From Octopus vulgaris (Eukaryota): DNA of 64,000 bases. Positions 39,342 through 52,920 of the stretch are shown piece after piece. The DNA lies in contig OX597825.1 of the NCBI GenBank assembly GCA_951406725.2, positions 19,716,001-19,780,000 on the forward strand. Reading direction: 5' to 3'. The stretch's first letter is position 1; every line of letters starts with the position of its first letter. The notes under the pieces were generated by a model. The model was not told the origin of the DNA. It saw only the letters and a list, made by a program, of their open reading frames with translations, and ran no database searches. The translations under genes were made by a program, and so were the position numbers.

Positions 39342-39770
39342 ATAAGCTATATTAAATCTCTGAGCGAGAGGTAAACAGTAGCAATACGGAATCGTAACAT
39401 ATATTTGCCAACCAAGTGTGGCATCCTATACTGGACAGTGTTACTGAGGTTTATAGTCCCAGGAAGACATCCCTTCCAGCTGGCAAACGACACACATTCT
39501 GTGTCCAATTAGTATTCGCGAGGTAAGTCATCGCCCCCATCCTTAGCCTTACGTGATCCACATTGACTCGAGTTTCTTTGTGGTTACCCGTCCTCATCAT
39601 GTGTTTGATGAAAACTCACTCCACTCGCAAAATACTTTATGCATTTCCCAGTGACAAACCGTCGCTGATCTCGAAAAAGGAGATATAAGCTATATTAAAT
39701 ATCTGAGCGAGATGTAATCAGTAGCAATACGGAATCGTAACATATAATTGCTAACCATGTAGACATTCTA
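39342..39770 (-). mobile_element. Candidate non-LTR retrozyme, copy 2 (343-bp unit plus ~85-bp terminal redundancy)
   Basis: ataagctatattaaat..gtagcaatacggaatcgtaacatata repeated at 39342 and 39685; shares gtgttactg, cccagga, tccagctggc, ttctgtg, ctgatYtcgaaaaa, aaatctctga..gtaaacagta with copy 1. Confidence 0.65.
39559..39603 (-). ncRNA. Degenerate type I hammerhead motif
   Basis: Minus strand: cac ATGATGA ggacgggtaaccacaaa GAAA CTCGAG TC aatgtg; same position in the unit as the copy 1 HHR; palindromic loop III. Confidence 0.55.
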
Positions 39771-40850
39771 CAATATTAATTTATACGAAAAGAGAATCGT
39801 GTCTTACACATGTTTTTATAGTTTGTTCCGCAGTGGTTTGTAATTTTTGGTAAACGAGTTTTGCTGGTCCAGAGTAGAGCCCTAAAATGGATTGAAGGGA
39901 AAGACAAGGAAGTTGCATTCCGTGTATGTATCCACTTGTTCACAAACTGAAATATGTCTTGTTTCGGGATCCGGTATTTTTTGACGATAAATCATCCTAA
40001 AGTGAATTTTATTTATCGAATATCGTCTTCATTGCATCGATTGCATTTTATAACAACGGACAGAATGGACATAATTCGTGACATAGTTCCATACACTATA
40101 CACTTTCGAAAATGTAATGAGAAATCGGTCAAGTTTATTCCTATATATTAAAATACAATTAAATTCTAATTGATTCTAATATATTCTGTCTGTACTATCA
40201 AATTCGTCTATGTGTATGTGTGTGAATGTATGTTTATATATATATATATACACATACATACATATTTAAAGGGTGTGATCGCGAGAGAGATTTATGAGAG
40301 TCCGTGTTTACTTGCGAGTGCCAAATTTCAAATAATTCTCGTACCAATTTTTCTCTGCTTAAATTTCTTTCTGTCAATTCGGCGCACAGCTTTCTCTTGC
40401 GATATTCGACTTTTACTGTGACGGCGGAGGCGCATAAGATTTCCCATTCGCATTTTTTCATATATATATATTAATCTCCGGATATTTATTTCTGTCTGTT
40501 CGTGCTTTTATATCTGTTGTAGATGTGATTTAAAAACTAAACGAGTTACGTGTACGCGGATCTACTGTAAATGACATTCCGAAGATGGCCACCTTGTCAT
40601 ATTTTAAAACTGGCTGCGTATAACATATAGGAAATCTCACCATTGTTGCTATAGAGAACAGTCACATAACCTTTCTTCCATTACGTTTTATGTGTGTGTG
40701 TTTTTGTGTATATATATATATATATATATGTATGTATATAATATATACATATAAATACTAATGTGATGTTAATTTACATATATACATAGAAGCATATATA
40801 TATACATATATATATACATATATATACATATATACACATATACACATATA

Positions 40851-41564
40851 TACATGTATGTACACATCTATGTGATTTGCAGTGTCGTAGTAAAAAATAT
40901 ATTTACTTCAAAATCTATAAGTGTTCTGTAAGTATGTAGTGCGCATGCCCAAAGTAGTATGCAATAATTCTGGTCGCTGACTGTAACAGCTGAAAGAAAA
41001 TAGCCATAAATCTTGGAGTAACGATTCCTGTTAATGCGAATTCACATGTTCATTTTGATCCTTCGGTCTTGTTGCATTAAGGAGATTTTCAAAAGCTGCT
41101 TTACAATCGCAAGAGGCAAAAGTCCTGCAAATATCGGTAATCCTTATTCTTCTATCACTTCCCTTTCCTCGTTCATATTTATATATATGTGAGTGTGTGC
41201 ATGATAGTGTGTGAGTGTATATATATATATATATATATATACATATATTTATTTGTATGTGTGTATGTGCATATAAATGTATATATATGCATATATATTT
41301 ATGTATATATATATATATATACACATATATATGTATTTATATATACACATATTTATAGTCATATATGCACATATATCAATAAATATATATGTGTAATTAT
41401 ATATATATATATATATATACATCTATAATTGCACGCACACACACATACACACACACACATATATATATATCTATATATATATATCTATATATATATGAAT
41501 TTATGAAGAAATGTGTATGTGCCTATAGGGCTACTTGAGTATGTGTACATGTCAGCAATATTAT

Positions 41565-41609
<45 letters not shown>

Positions 41610-41642
41610 TAAATCTATACATATATATATACATATATATGT

Positions 41643-41674
<32 letters not shown>

Positions 41675-42279
41675 AGAAACATATATATACATATATATAT
41701 ATCTATACATATATGTACATATATATGTATACATGTATATATATATAGAAACATATATATATATATACATATATACACATATATACATATATACACATGT
41801 ATACATATATACACATATATACACATACATACACATACATGTATGTACACATCTATGTACTTTGCAGTGTCGTAGTAAAAAATATATTTACTTCAAAATC
41901 TATAAGTGTTCTGTAAGTATGTAGTGCGCATGCCCAAAGTAGTATGCAATAATTCTGGTCGCTGACTGTAACAGCTGAAAGAAAATAGCCATAAATCTTG
42001 GAGTAACGATTCCTGTTAATGCGAATTCACATGTTCATTTTGATCCTTCGGTCTTGTTGCATTAAGGAGATTTTCAAAAGCTGCTTTACAATCGCAAGAG
42101 GCAAAAGTCCTGCAAATATCGGTAATCCTTATTCTTCTATCACTTCCCTTTCCTCGTTCATATTTATATATGTGTGAGTGAGTGCGTGACAGTGTGTGAG
42201 TGTATGTACATATATATATATACATATATATGTATTCATAAATACATATATATTTATAGTCATATATGCACATATATAA

Positions 42280-42318
<39 letters not shown>

Positions 42319-42366
42319 TGTGTGTGTTTGTAATTATATTTATATATACATCTATAATTGCACACA

Positions 42367-42405
<39 letters not shown>

Positions 42406-42492
42406 CTATATATATATATCTATATATATATGAATTTATGAAGAAATGTGTATGTGCCTATAGGGCAACTTGAGTATGTGTACATGTCAGCA

Positions 42493-42497
<5 letters not shown>
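40851..42497. repeat. ~1-kb tandem duplication (40851-41562 vs 41836-42497)
   Basis: Unique ~320-bp core repeated almost identically at a period of 985 bp; flanking microsatellites differ in length. Confidence 0.95.
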
Positions 42498-42540
<43 letters not shown>

Positions 42541-42551
42541 CAGACAGGCAG

Positions 42552-42586
<35 letters not shown>

Positions 42587-43825
42587 CAGAATGAGAGGGA
42601 GAGACAGAAACATACAAACATATACGTATATATGTATATATCTATACGCATACGCACATTAAATATCATATGCATTTATACATATATACATATCTACATA
42701 CATCAATAAATAACATGCATATAATCTTTATATATATTATATAAATATGTTTATATTTATATTTTTATACATTCATATGTGTATATAATTCATCTTTATC
42801 AGGATATAGCTGTTTGCAGGAGTTTGTACACACATTTGTGTGTGTGAGCGTATGTGCACATGTGTCTTTCTGTATGTGCTTATTATGAAATATTGGACAT
42901 AAACGGAGTGTTTGAAAGCGCAGACATTATCGATAAAATTTATGATAACGTATCTCACTTTCTCTATCAATGTGTTTATGCCTTTATACGATTATGCATG
43001 TGCTCACGTGCGAACCCACGCACAAACACTCGTACGCACACGCGGGCACACATATGTATACACAATTGTGATAGCATTTACATTTTTAACGTGTGATTTA
43101 TGCTAACATGGTATATACTCTTTTTGTTTTCAGTGAATTTTTGTTCGCATTAAATAAGGTTCCTATTTCTCGACAAATCCTTAAGAGTTGTGGTTTTTAA
43201 ATACTTGGCACATATTCCTCCGGAAGCTACAGTAGACTCAGTCTAATTGGCCGAGAGTAGCTCCAATATATCGAGTGATTTTATTTACCTCGACAAATTC
43301 TGTTAGAACATTGTTCTGCTTTACAGCTAATAAAAAAAGATAAGCACGGGATTCTGTATAGTTTCCACGAAGCCGAATACATCACTAAACCTTGAATCTA
43401 CACAGGTAATATCGTCACACATTCAGTGACGGATTTAGGATAAAGGAGACTCTGGGCTATTTAAGTTATCAGGCCCTTACTTATAAGGGCGCTTACTATG
43501 TTGAAAAAAAAACATGTAAAAGCGTTCTAATAATTGATTTTACTTCTAAGAAAAACATATGAACTTTTGACATTTGAAAAATTCATTGTAAAAGATTTTG
43601 TAGGTAAGAAGATGCCCACACACACACATCGGGACCCTGTGCTTAAGCAAACCTTTAAAAAATCGTATATCAGACACTGCATACATTTATCTATCTTTAA
43701 TTTATATATCAATATATCTCTTAGTCCTCAATTGGCGAACGAAATACATTGCAGCAATTGTGATAGATGTTTGTATGTACTGAGTTCGTAACAAGCTTTA
43801 GCTTTCGGGGAGCGGAAATCATATA

Positions 43826-44055
43826 CCTATTTCTTTATTACCCATAAGGGGTTAAACACAGAGGGAACAGACAAGGACAGACATAGGTATTAAGTCGATT
43901 ACATCGATCCCAGTGCGTAACTGGTACTTAATTTATCGACCCCGAAAGGATGAAAGGCAAAGTCGACCTCGGCGGAATTTGAACTCAGAACGCAGCGGCA
44001 GACGAAATACCGCTCAGCATTTCGTCCGGGGCGCTAACGTTTCTGCCAGCTCGCC
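43826..44055 (-). mobile_element. SINE family B, monomer
   Basis: Reverse complement of the family B head, core and tail. Confidence 0.9.
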
Positions 44056-44379
44056 CACGTGGTTACACTTGTCGACGATATTTTCTTCTGCAAATGTGTA
44101 GCTTTGCGCTTAGGTTCCAATTTAACAATTTAAAAAATTATTATCTAAATTTGAAATGACAATTTAAAAAACGAAAGGAAATGTAAAGTATTACGCATGC
44201 GTGGCTTTGCTGTAAGTAGTTCGCTTCCCAATCATATAACTGAGATCAGTCCCACTGCCTGCCACATTCCTCAACTGTCATCTTCTATAGCACCGGGCCG
44301 ACCCAAACCTTGTGAATTGATTTAGTTAAGGATGGTAGAAATGAAATTTAGACCCACGTGGTTATACATTTAATCCTTG

Positions 44380-45220
44380 ATCTTTTTCTCTTTTCCAGTT
44401 ATTGGACTACGGCCATTTTAGTCGAACGAATCGATTCTGGTAATTATTTTGTTTTATGCCTGGTACTTATTCGATCTCTAATGCTGAAGCGTTATGTTAT
44501 GAGGACATAAATAAACCAAAACCTGCTGTCAAGCGTTGGTGGGAGACAAGCACCAACAGGAAGAGCAAACACACATACTCATACACACACACACCAACAC
44601 ACTCACTCATAAATATACGACGCGTTTCTTTCTGTTTCTGTCAACCAAATTAATAGACAAGGGTTTGACTGGTCCGGTGGCAATTTTTTTTCCACGTGAG
44701 CTACGGACCCAGGTAATGAACTTATTTGCATGCAGCAGATCACAGCTGACCTTAACCTCGTTGTCAAGTTAGCAAAGGTTGGCATTCAAAATGGCGTTCT
44801 CCGATTGCCATGCGAAACTTGTATTGTGCTCTCATCGAGCGTGATTTGCTAGCATCCCTCTCCACTTACTGTTTTACAAAGAAAACAACACAAATATCTA
44901 CGCAGAACCGGTCATTGTGGAAACAAGCACAATAACAACAAGCATTGTTAAAAGTGAAAAGAAGCATGGTCATTCCTTACCCAAGTGAACTTATCTTATC
45001 GCCCGTCACTTGTTATGCGCTCATAAATTAGTTTGATAGCTGAGCTCCGATTGGCTGCATGCAAATGTGTTCATAACTCGGGTCCGGAACTCTCGTGGGA
45101 AAAAAATGCGCAGCCCGGTGCTATAGAAGATGTCAGTTGACGGATATGCCAAGAAGTGAAACTGAGCTCGAAATTATATGGTTGGGAAGCGAACCCCTTA
45201 TAACACAACCACGCCTGCGC
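44380..45220 (-). mobile_element. SINE family A, degenerate, split by a MITE insertion
   Basis: 3' half at 44380-44673 and 5' half at 45119-45220 are colinear with the family consensus. Confidence 0.65.
44674..45118. mobile_element. MITE-like element with ~60-bp imperfect terminal inverted repeats
   Basis: Left ..tttttttccacgtgagctacggacccaggtaatgaacttatttgcatgcagc vs right gctgcatgcaaatgtgttcataactcgggtccggaactctcgtgggaaaaaaa; ccgg at both ends. Confidence 0.7.
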
Positions 45221-45621
45221 TATACTTTACATTCCCTTAATGTTCTGCGTTTTTTGTGGGGGGGGGGTCTTAATTTTGCGTTTCAGATTTTTTTTCTTCT
45301 TCTAGCTCAGAGTTGCGGCCATGCTGATGCACCGCCGTTTTGCTTCACTGTTATTACTAAGAGCCTCCTCTAATATGTGGAACTTGGTGAAGAATGGAGT
45401 TTGATATAGCTGCGCTCATTTGCACCTCTTGCCGTGAGGCAGGTTCATCTTGGGCTCTCGACAGGAAGAGGTCCAGCTTTGATTAAAAAAAACCCTACAT
45501 CTACTTTGTGCAAGTTCCTCACATGGTATTTAAGATACGGTATTTGGATAACCATATCTTAAATCATTGACTTGGAGCCTACGCGCAAAAGCCACACATC
45601 CCTGGAAGAAATTATCATCAA

Positions 45622-45785
45622 GGCGCAGGAGTGGCTGTGTGGTAAATAGCTTGTTTACCAACCACATGGTTCCGGGTTCAGTCCCACTGCGTTGCACCTT
45701 GGGCAAGTGTCTTCTACTATAGCCTCGGGCCGACCAAAGCCTTGTGAGTGGATTTGGTAGACGGAAACTGAAAGAAGCCTGTCGT

Positions 45786-45844
<59 letters not shown>

Positions 45845-46290
45845 TGTGTGTGTGTTTGTGTGTCTGTGTTTGTCCCCCTAGCATTGCTTGACAACCGATG
45901 CTGGTGTGATTATGTCCCCGTTACTTAGCGGTTCGGCAAAAGAGACCGATAGAATAAGTACTGAGCTTACGAAAGAATAAGTCCCGCGGTCGAGTTGCTC
46001 GATTAAAGGCGGTGCACCAGCATGGCCGCAGTCAAATGACTGAAACAAGTAAAAGAGTAAAGAGTTTGTGTGTCTGTGTTTGTCCCCCTAGCATTGCTTG
46101 ACAACCGATGCTGGTGTGTTTATGTCCCCGTTACTTAGCGGTTCGGCAAAAGAGACCGATAGAATAAGTACTGGGCTTACAAAAGAATAAGTCCCGGGGT
46201 CGATTTGGTCGACTAAAGGCGGTGCTCCAGCATGGCCACAGTCAAATGACTGAAACAAGTAAAAGAGTAAAAGTGTAAAGAGTAAAAGAG
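45622..46290 (+). mobile_element. SINE family A, young copy with tandem duplication of its 3' half
   Basis: Head ggcgcaggagtggctgtgtggtaa; the segment gtttgtgtgtctgtgtttgtccccc..gaaacaagtaaaagag occurs at 45854 and again at 46064. Confidence 0.92.
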
Positions 46291-46763
46291 TATCAACAGC
46301 AGTCTCCACCTGGTACATGATTTCCAATCCCCGAAGGCGGAACGCGTAAAGGAAACCAAAATTTTATTGCGAACTCAGTAACTACAGATGTCTAACGTAA
46401 TTACTGCAATATATTTTGTTCGCCAGTTTATGTCCAAGTGATATATTAATATATAAATAATAGATGAGCGATTTAATTGAGTCCATACTAGATAAAAACT
46501 GTATCGAAAATATATCACACATTAATTCGTCAAGAAACTTCGACTTCTGTTTTCCATTTATACATTAATTCGATCGATATCTAACACCTTTCGACTTCAA
46601 CTGCCAAATTTCTACATACACATTTATGTTTCGATTAGAAATAACCAATCATAAAAGTTTTATTTACACCAGCTAACTCTTAGCCTCAAATACATAGACA
46701 CATACTAACATAATGATGTATATATATACATATATTATACCTATACACACACACACACAAAGG

Positions 46764-46798
<35 letters not shown>

Positions 46799-46832
46799 GT
46801 ATGTATCTGCATATACAGTCACACTTATATCT

Positions 46833-46897
<65 letters not shown>

Positions 46898-46914
46898 ACA
46901 TAGACACGTACACT

Positions 46915-46949
<35 letters not shown>

Positions 46950-47028
46950 CACACATATGTATTATCTGCATATGCAGTCACATTTATATGTGTGTATGCA
47001 TATATATATTGATACATAGACACGTACA

Positions 47029-47073
<45 letters not shown>

Positions 47074-47119
47074 GAAAAAGACAGAGATACAGTGAGTCAC
47101 AGAGATACACACAGTGAGT

Positions 47120-47158
<39 letters not shown>

Positions 47159-48716
47159 GAGAGAAAGAAAGTAGTTGCCTAAACGGAATTTGTAATGGTT
47201 AGCCAACAACGAAATGAGTTTTGAGACTGTCCACTGTAGCCACCACGATGTGATCAATAAAATAAACACCAATTACAAACAAAGATCTTATCCAACATCA
47301 ATGCATCTTCCCTTAAACAAATAGCTGGGACATGAAGATGATTTAGTCAACCCAATTAGACTGAAGGAAATCAATACTCATTGTTTGGGAAATATTTTAG
47401 TTAATATATATACTGATATTCGGTAATATATGCTATGGAGGTTATAGGAATCTCGTTCAAAGTAGTGATGGAAGGAATATCATGCTTTCTGTAGCAGAAG
47501 GAGATAATTCAGATCTGGTCTGTTTAACATCAAAGTTTTATTGGTCACTGTAATCAATCAAAATGTAAGAGAAGAATAATTAGTAAATTTGACGACGGAA
47601 ATATTTAACTGAAACCTAGATAAGCTCGTTTGTTTCCTTGTAGAAACTGTTTATAATTCGAAAATCATGTCATTTAACATAGAAAAGCATTACGAAGTAA
47701 ACTTTGACTATATTGCAAGCTTAAAGATGACTATTTACAATATATCAATGCTTTCTTGAGTGCGTAGTGTTAAGGAAACTGATTTTCACGTCAATATAAT
47801 TATTCTGTAAATAACGATCTCGAAATGTTGCATGAGATGACATGGAGGATTTGCCGATATCAACAAACTGGTACTTTATGAATCTCAGGAGGGTAAGAGA
47901 TACAGTTAATTTCACGGGTTGCAAGGCAATTTTCCTGATCCATTGCTAATTCTGCCAACTCACCGATTCCGAAGAATGAAAGAGATAGAAACGTCACAAG
48001 AATTAGAGATACCAAAGAAATTTGAAATACTTAAACTGCATAAAATGCATTCCATGATTCAAATACATGTTTACATGGAAGTCCGCGCAAAAGAGTAAAC
48101 CATTAAACTGGATGATAAACACTCATAATATAATTTAAAAAAATACCAGAATTTAAAACTTACTGTTCAACAACTAAACGCGAGCAATAAACCTGTATGA
48201 ACCAGTATGTTACATGTATTCAGTTGCACATATGAAATTATTGTGCTTCATTACTCTAACAGTAAAAATAGTCGGTTGAATATGCGATAACAGCGAGGAG
48301 CAATTGAAATAAATTATAGCATGAAGCCCAAACAAAATTAGTAAGAAAAATATGTGAACAATTCGTAAATTTGCCTTAGAATTGCTCACAAGAAATTGGT
48401 TATAACTCGGGAAAGCAATTCTCATAGATAAGCAGAGCAGAATTTTGCACACAGTTAAAATGGAAGAAGCACAAGAAAAATACACATCTTATGTATGATA
48501 TGTGAGCCGCGATGGCACCATTCTTATTCTGCAGCGAGGTTTAGAACCACCACATCGGTTATGGCTATTTGAAACAGGCAGTAACAGATTCCCATCACTA
48601 CAGATTGTAAATGTGTCTATGGAAATCAGGAAAACTGATAATACATTTAGGGTTAAATATGAACGACAGACGTCCAACACTTTTACTAAGTATGTCTGTA
48701 AGCGTGTGTATGTACT

Positions 48717-48783
<67 letters not shown>

Positions 48784-50105
48784 AACTGTGGACAGCTGAG
48801 GAGGAGTTAGACTTCTGGGATTTTGATTGTTAAACATATGCAAATCCATGTGGTGTAGTCATTAGGGTGTTAGACTCATGATTTAAGATCATGATACCGA
48901 ATCCCGGGGGTCTGTTTCCGAGTGAAGGGCAATTCAATTCTCGATGCTTCAGTCCATCTATTCAAAACACTTGCACTTGCTGCGGCGTGGCTCCTCGCAC
49001 AATGCTACCGAAATACGTTACAAAGATACGATCTCAAACACGCATTATAGATACGTAACACTAGTTGATTACATATTAATCATGAATCTATTACAGTTTA
49101 ATTTCTTACGTTTCATTTCCCGTTTCACACCCATTATAAAGCATTTCTTTCAAATTCTTCAGTAACTTGTAGTCGATGCTAACATTTTGCTACAACTATG
49201 ATTTTCCAAATGTTTACGCAAGTTGCAGTTATCGATTGGCATTTTACACATTGCCCAGTTGTTTTACTGCAAGCAAAAAAAATTACTGAACTATTAAATA
49301 CATATTCCCTTTTAAACATATAGAATAGCATTAACTGTGTTGGCCAAAATCCCGTGTTAACTTGTGAAGAATGAACAAAATGATAGAAAGAAACATTAAC
49401 TTTTAATTAATTTTAAAATATTTTTGAAATTAGACTTTGTATCAACAACAATCCTTTCACTCGTATTCTTAGCAAACTTCTATAATGGAAAGCTAATGAT
49501 TTATCTACTTAACGGGAAGTGGAGTAAATTCTGCAGCCAACATATCGTATTAAGGCAAGATCCTCATTTAATGAATGTGTGTAAATTAATTAACTTATAA
49601 CTAACACTCCTTCAAATTCAATTAAAACTAGCTTTGTCGTCGTTTTGAATCGATTTGGTTTATGCGAACGCCATTCTACTTATATGCCATCCAACACAAT
49701 CAACTTCCAGGAGAATTCAAACATTTGACTGACAAAGCTATAGATGTTTGCAGAAGGAATTTCGGTATTGCAGCTGGCAAAGCTGAAACGTTGGCACGTT
49801 GAATTGGGAATCAGATATAAAGTAGTACATCAGTAACAATATTTTCCTCAAGTGGCCATTTTATCTATGGCAAGGAGGAAATTAAAGAAAATTAGAGAGT
49901 GGGTTTAGATTAAATCAGATATCCATACAACCATACAAGCATCCCAACGTGCAGCATATCATGCATCCGCTGATTAACTAAGTATGCAATGTGTATCAAC
50001 GTATGTAAGAGTGTGTAAATACAGAAAATATATAATCGCTACAGAAGGTAACATAAAATTATATGTTGTTGCCTTCACTTGTTCATATATTACTTACACG
50101 TGCAT

Positions 50106-50478
50106 AAGGTGGCGAGCTGGCAGAAACGTTAGCGCGCCAGGCGAAATGCTTAGCGGTCTTTCGTCTGTCGTTACGTTCTGAGTTCAAATTACGCCGAGGT
50201 CGACTTTGCCTTTCATCCATTCGGAGTCGATAAATAAAGTACCAGTTACGCACTGGGGTCGATGTAATCAACTTAATACTTATGTCCGTCCTTGTTTGTC
50301 CCCTCCGTGTTTGGCCCCTTGTGGGTGATAAAGAAATAGGTATTTCGTCTGTCGTTAGGTTCTGAGTCGATAAATAAAGTACCAGTTACGCACCGGAGTC
50401 GATGTAATCGACTTAATCCCTTCGTCTGTCCTTGTTTGTCCCCTCTATGTTTAGCCCCTTGTGGGCAGTAAAGAAGTA
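50106..50478 (+). mobile_element. SINE family B, partial tandem dimer
   Basis: One head, body and tail repeated; flanking direct repeat attacYtacacgtgcat. Confidence 0.9.
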
Positions 50479-51199
50479 TACATTACCTACACGTGCATCA
50501 TTACTAGCATAATATTATCTTAACTCACGCACTCACTCGCACACACATCGGTAGACACAGACATATATGAATACACACATATAGATATGGTACTTGCCAC
50601 GCGAGCCACTTTACTAGATTTTAATGTTAAATCATGGAGTAGATTAGATAGAGAGAATGCTTTTGACTCTGCGCAGGTCACAGCCCTAGTCGATTATATA
50701 TCCTTTCATTAATCCAGTTTTCCTTTCCGAATGTAACAGGGGGTCTATATAGCGATGACGCCCAGTTCTTACTGGACAGAAGTAGTAAAATACACTTAGA
50801 GAAGCATACGAAATACTTCTTAAGATATTTTAAGCATTTAGGATTAAACATACTATGGGAAAGGATTATCTTAGAGTAAATTTTCTTGACGCTGCCTTCT
50901 GTCTTGATACTGTATTATTGAACCATATCATAAACCGAATGATCATATTAAGTACATAAATATAGCATCCAACCAGCCACCATCGATAGAACAGGCATTA
51001 GTTAAGTATATTTCTACAAGAATTTCTAGATCATCCACTAATATAAAAGTTGTCGAATCACATGAAACTTATAATGCTGTTTTAGCTACAACTGGGTACC
51101 GTGAAAAGATTCAATATATACAAAATGCAGGCATACACAAGACTGTCAGTTCCTCCTATAATAATACACATTGTACACCATCACAACGTTGCGGTATGA

Positions 51200-52440
51200 G
51201 AACTTACTCAGATCGAGACTATAGGTCAGGGAGAATAGTTCATTGCAGATAAACAGTCACAACCTAAGCAATATTTGGGCTGCTTGATGGTATGAAATCA
51301 ACTTCATTTCTTGTTCTGTTTCGATTTCCTAGCATTTAAATTAGTAAAACAAAGTATTTTCTATTCTCATCGTTTCGTAATACACGAATTCAGTTATTCT
51401 TTTCCTCCTTCATTGTTCCTCTCATATCCATATATTCGGATGATATGTTCACATTTATTATTCATAATCCCCACCTTTGCTTTAAAATCCCCTTTCACTG
51501 GAATATAGTTCGCTTTCTCTTTGATGGCACTGTAAAGATGTCAGTAAAATACTCCAATATCTTCGTCATCGCAGCCATTATATTTCCTGCATATACTTGA
51601 ATAATGTTGATTTTGTAATTTCTGTGCAGTTTAACGGTTATTTTGATTATTCGTTCATTTAGCATTTTGTAATTGATTAATGTGGAAGTATCCAGGTTTG
51701 TCAAATACAAAATAAAAATAAATACAACTAAAGAAAGAACAAGAAGCTCAGAAAGTCTCAGAGAATTTGCATTGAAAAACTTATACCAAAGCCTCAGAAT
51801 TCCATTTAACCTTGAAAAATAGATTTGATACATTTTGGGACAAGATAGACAATAGCAATACCGAACTGATAACGAATATCATTACTAAGACAGTAAAAAA
51901 ATGTAGCTAAGAAAACTACGTCTAACAGAAAAGAGGCCAAAAACTGAACATTACCGAGAGATATTATCGACCTCATGAATATCCGACGAATAATGAAACA
52001 AGATTCATTTACACAACGCATAAAATATACTGAATTATGTAAAACAGGGTAAAACCCAAATATGGAGATGATTACGGAAACAATCGAAAACAACAAAAGT
52101 CTTTTTAAATCTAAGCAAAAAATTACTAAGATATGTAATACAATCATTAGCCTAAGTGACAAAACAACTTAGAGGAGACGAGCAAATATTAGAAAGAATA
52201 AAAGAATTCTATGGAAACATATTAAACAATAAATCTATTCTCGAACAGTAAATCCAAAGTTTTAACGGCTGTTGTCTAGAAAATAAAAACTCTGTAATAG
52301 AGTTTTCCGGCACATCTGCTTACTAGAAAGGATGGACAACTGATGGGAAATCAAACTGACAAGTGGACACCACGACTAGAGAAACAGACGGGATGACCAT
52401 GCAGAAACTGGAATGAAAGCTTTGTTAAATTCTTAAAGAC
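51200..52440. pseudogene. RTE-like LINE ORF relic: AP-endonuclease on - strand (51700 to 51200), linker and C-terminal remnants on + strand (51700 to 52440)
   Basis: Minus: NERIIKITVKL..NIIQVYA, GDFKAKVG, TRNEVDFI. Plus: REFAL, KYTELCK, KWTPR; heavily decayed. Confidence 0.65.
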
Positions 52441-52617
52441 AACATTTAATAACGTCACGCACTTGACTAGCATTGCGTGTACTTCAGATATACCAAACTC
52501 TTAGGAAACGATATCTTATCTACTTAACAATGGTTTCAATCAGTGGTTCTACAATACAAAAAAAGAAATCTCAACAATATTTTATACCAATCAAACCAAT
52601 CAGCCGCAGGTTAAATT

Positions 52618-52920
52618 CAGGGTGTCAAATCACAAACCCAGGTCCTCGTCAATTTTTTCCCACAATAAGTTGGAAGAAATAATTTTTGTTTTCCCTCAAC
52701 GGGATGTCAAACAAAATTTATTTACCCACTGGAGTGTCAAACAGCAACCACACCGTTACATGTTTGACTCCCCTAGATATATACTCAATGGTTGTCAGAT
52801 GTTCTGCCAACTCCTGCTCATTCATCTGCTTGGAGAAGACGGCAATTGTGTCGAAAACTTTCGAATACGTTCTCAACACCACCGTCCTCTCCTCTTGCTG
52901 TCTGAGCCACATCTTAGTCT
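52618..52920 (-). mobile_element. Possible hAT (Charlie/Buster-like) relic
   Basis: CAGGGTGTCAAA TIR-like end with two further gtcaaac copies; minus-strand peptide WLR..VLRTYSKVFDTIAVF weakly resembles the RWLS region. Confidence 0.3.

Noticed and set aside
48502-48700. Non-repetitive ORF ending near a GTATGT donor-like site
   Set aside because: No recognisable domain, clear acceptor or partner exons; cannot be supported without RNA-seq or homology.
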